Source: Chthonomonadales bacterium
Lineage (GTDB): Bacteria; Armatimonadota; Chthonomonadetes; Chthonomonadales; CAJBBX01
Direction of reading: 5' to 3'
NCBI GenBank assembly: GCA_049967475.1
Contig: JBMFSQ010000006.1
Span: 1 to 18,329, forward strand
Length of the DNA: 18,329 bases
Made by a program: the position numbers and the translations under genes. Numbering within the stretch: position 1 is the stretch's first letter; each line of letters starts with the position of its first letter. Of the stretch, positions 17,010 to 18,329 are shown piece by piece. The notes under the pieces were generated by a model. It was given only the letters and a program-made list of their open reading frames with translations. It did not search any database and was not told the DNA's origin.

Positions 17010-17038
17010 AAGGGGGGCACGGGTCTCGTGCCCCCCTT
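17010..17038. terminator. Perfect 12-bp inverted repeat (terminator-like or REP-like hairpin)
   Basis: AAGGGGGGCACG-GGTCT-CGTGCCCCCCTT between two minus-strand genes. Confidence 0.55.
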
Positions 17039-17132
17039 ATATTGTCGGCGGATGTCTGTTTGTTATTCGCGGCCCCCATCCTTCCTCAGGGATGGACCGG
17101 CGACGGCGCAAGGGCGGGGGGCGCCGGTAGGG

Positions 17133-18329
17133 CTACGGCTCGCGAATGCGGTCCGGCGCCGTGCCGATCTGGGTGATCACCCACCGCCCATTGATGCGCT
17201 CCAGCACGTAACTTACGTAGACGGTGTGGACTTCGCCGTCTCGATTCCGGTACACATGCTTTCCCGACACTACGTACACACCTTCCGCCCGGCGGTGTAC
17301 GCGGTACAGGTCGAAGGTGATGGTGTCTGCCGCGTTCAAGGCATCGCGCGTCATGTCCAGGTAGTCATTGACCGCGATGGAGTACTCGTACTTGCCCTTC
17401 AGGAAGATCGCGATCTTCACAGATGGGTCGGTGACGCTCACCAGCGGGTTCACATCGCCGGTGCGGAAGGCGTCACGAATGTCGTCAATCGCCCGCTGCA
17501 GGTCGCTGTCCGGCACTTCGTAGCGATAGCGGCGGCTGTTGAGATAGTAATCGTCCAGGTCATCATCACCCCAACCGCGGCACCGGCCTCCCTCATAGAT
17601 GGGCACTTCAATATAAACCACCGGCGGCGGATAGGTGTATACATGCCAGCGGTAGATGTACGCCGGGAACGCTCCGTAGTAGAAGTAGAAGGGTGACGCC
17701 ACAACGCCCACTTCGAATACGGGCGCATAGTACGGGTAGTACACGTATCCGTAAGGGAAGTAATAGCGGATGCGCCGATCCTCTATGTACGTGCGCGGCC
17801 GCAGGATCACTCCGTTGCTGAAGTATCGGCGCCCCTCCTCGGTGCGGCCGAAAATGGAGGACATGCGGTCATGGATAGGCCCCCGCTCGAACTCGCGGCC
17901 TGGAGCGCGGTCCTGTCTGCCTGGGGACACAGGTCGGTTTTGGCCGAAAGTCATGCCTGGCACGCGGCCTGCCGTAGGACCCTCTCGGCCGGGTTCGATG
18001 CGCCCAGACAGTGGGTTCCGACCTTCAGGGCTCGTGCCCTCGCGCGGAACACCACGCCGGAAATCGTACAGATCCCGCTGGCCCCGGTTGCCGGAGGACG
18101 GATCCTGCGTCATGTGTGGGGCCCGATCTGTTGCCGGCTGGTTCCGAGGCTGGTCCGCGCGCACGCCTGGGAAGATGCGGTCGCCCAGCGGTGTGCCGCG
18201 ATAGTCCCTTTGCGGAGGGTTGTAGTCACGCCGCGGTGCGGGAGTATAGTCCCTTTGCGGAGGGTTGTAGTCACGCCGCGGTGCGGGTGTGTAATCCCTT
18301 TGCGGAGGGTTGTAGTCACGCCGCGGTGC
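17133..18329 (-). CDS. Hypothetical protein, 5'-truncated: Pro/Arg repeat region, Tyr-rich segment, C-terminal NTF2-like domain
   Basis: Frame stays open from GTG 18164 to the window end; C-terminus AIDDIRDAFRTGDV...VSYVLERINGRWVITQI has an NTF2/SnoaL-like pattern. Confidence 0.8.
   Translation of the reverse strand, partial: APRRDYNPPQRDYTPAPRRDYNPPQRDYTPAPRRDYNPPQRDYRGTPLGDRIFPGVRADQPRNQPATDRAPHMTQDPSSGNRGQRDLYDFRRGVPREGTSPEGRNPLSGRIEPGREGPTAGRVPGMTFGQNRPVSPGRQDRAPGREFERGPIHDRMSSIFGRTEEGRRYFSNGVILRPRTYIEDRRIRYYFPYGYVYYPYYAPVFEVGVVASPFYFYYGAFPAYIYRWHVYTYPPPVVYIEVPIYEGGRCRGWGDDDLDDYYLNSRRYRYEVPDSDLQRAIDDIRDAFRTGDVNPLVSVTDPSVKIAIFLKGKYEYSIAVNDYLDMTRDALNAADTITFDLYRVHRRAEGVYVVSGKHVYRNRDGEVHTVYVSYVLERINGRWVITQIGTAPDRIREP
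18201..18329 (-). repeat. 45-bp coding tandem repeat, about 3 copies visible, encoding APRRDYNPPQRDYTP
   Basis: Units start at 18201, 18246 and 18291; the differences between units are synonymous in this frame (GAT/GAC, TAC/TAT, ACA/ACT). Confidence 0.92.

Noticed and set aside
16221..17696. 491-aa plus-strand ORF
   Set aside because: Antisense shadow of the GH15 and NTF2-like genes in GC-rich DNA; no recognisable motifs.
18201..18329. CRISPR-like array (38-nt constant part recurring)
   Set aside because: The variable parts are only about 7 nt, the period is 45 (a multiple of 3), the differences are synonymous codons in an open frame, and no cas genes are in the window.

Overview
GC-rich bacterial chromosomal window; protein style suggests Armatimonadota, which is an unverified impression. 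It holds about 18 genes and no rRNA, tRNA, CRISPR array or transposase that I can recognise. Order: 3' end of a GH95-type fucosidase; a CRTAC1/ASPIC-UnbV FG-GAP lipoprotein frameshifted by a 7-bp tandem duplication; a short signal peptidase I divergent from a DUF4446 / ECF sigma / zinc anti-sigma operon; a DUF5666-like protein; greA; a secreted CxxCH + beta-rich protein; a minus-strand run (PG0541/P-II-like, D,D-carboxypeptidase, rluB-type synthase, TPR, YfhO-like GT-C, deoxyhypusine-synthase-like); a GNAT; a GH15; and a truncated repeat/Tyr-rich/NTF2-like protein. Best leads: (1) the peptidase-ECF module, with overlapping back-to-back promoters, an antisense promoter and an ECF-type promoter inside the sigma gene end; (2) a YfhO gene with no canonical start (ATT behind a good SD) in frame with the upstream TPR gene; (3) a sigma54-type motif next to a three-way-junction RNA candidate; (4) the 7-bp frameshift. 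All family calls come from motif recognition, not database searches.
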